Source: Laetmonice hystrix (taxonomy: Eukaryota). Taken from it: DNA of 64,000 nucleotides. The notes under the pieces are model-generated. The model saw nothing but the letters and a program-made list of their open reading frames with translations, was not told the DNA's origin and made no database searches. The position numbers and the translations under genes were made by a program. This document shows positions 63,779 through 64,000 of the stretch, piece after piece; within the stretch, counting starts at the first letter, position 1, and each line of letters begins with the position of its first letter. The stretch spans positions 29,948,001 to 30,012,000 of the forward strand of contig OZ249436.1 of NCBI GenBank assembly GCA_965235115.1. Reading direction: 5' to 3'.

Positions 63779-64000
63779 ATCTTCGAATAGCCTCGGGTGA
63801 AATAGGCGCCATTTTGAGCATTGCATCGCGGGTACATTTAGCTGGGACTCTCGCCAGCATGGCAGTGCTTGCAGTATTTTGTCTGCATCAGGCATGGAAG
63901 CAACTAATATAGGCCTACAATGCTTTCCCCAAAGTCAGTGGGCAATATTACGATAGTATCATGTTCATGATACAACTTAAATTACAAGTAGTCCTACCAT

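Overview
Repeat-rich eukaryotic genomic DNA from a bilaterian invertebrate, as judged by GT-AG introns, a tRNA-derived SINE with a Deu/Nin-like core and many MITEs; the species cannot be determined. There are four spliced genes. One is a complete 7-exon fructose-1,6-bisphosphatase (24769-33435, +). The other three are METTL27/WBSCR27-like SAM-dependent methyltransferases: a partial copy (939-2144, +), a near-identical complete copy (17308-19786, +) and a diverged complete copy (39733-44165, -). Most remaining DNA is non-autonomous mobile sequence: a decayed CR1/L2-type LINE, three or four Helentron/DINE-like elements with internal arrays, and MITEs of Kolobok, Harbinger, hAT, MULE, CACTA and Academ type. 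The most unusual structures are (i) two multi-kb foldback elements built from mirrored tandem arrays, (ii) two 29-34 bp palindromes with 7-bp TSDs resembling P/Galileo excision footprints, (iii) a Kolobok-like element whose internal segment is inverted between two copies, and (iv) a set of ~85-100 bp CA(A/G/T)TCGG-ended mini-elements. All alignments were done by eye, and superfamily names are inferred from termini and TSDs, not from database searches.
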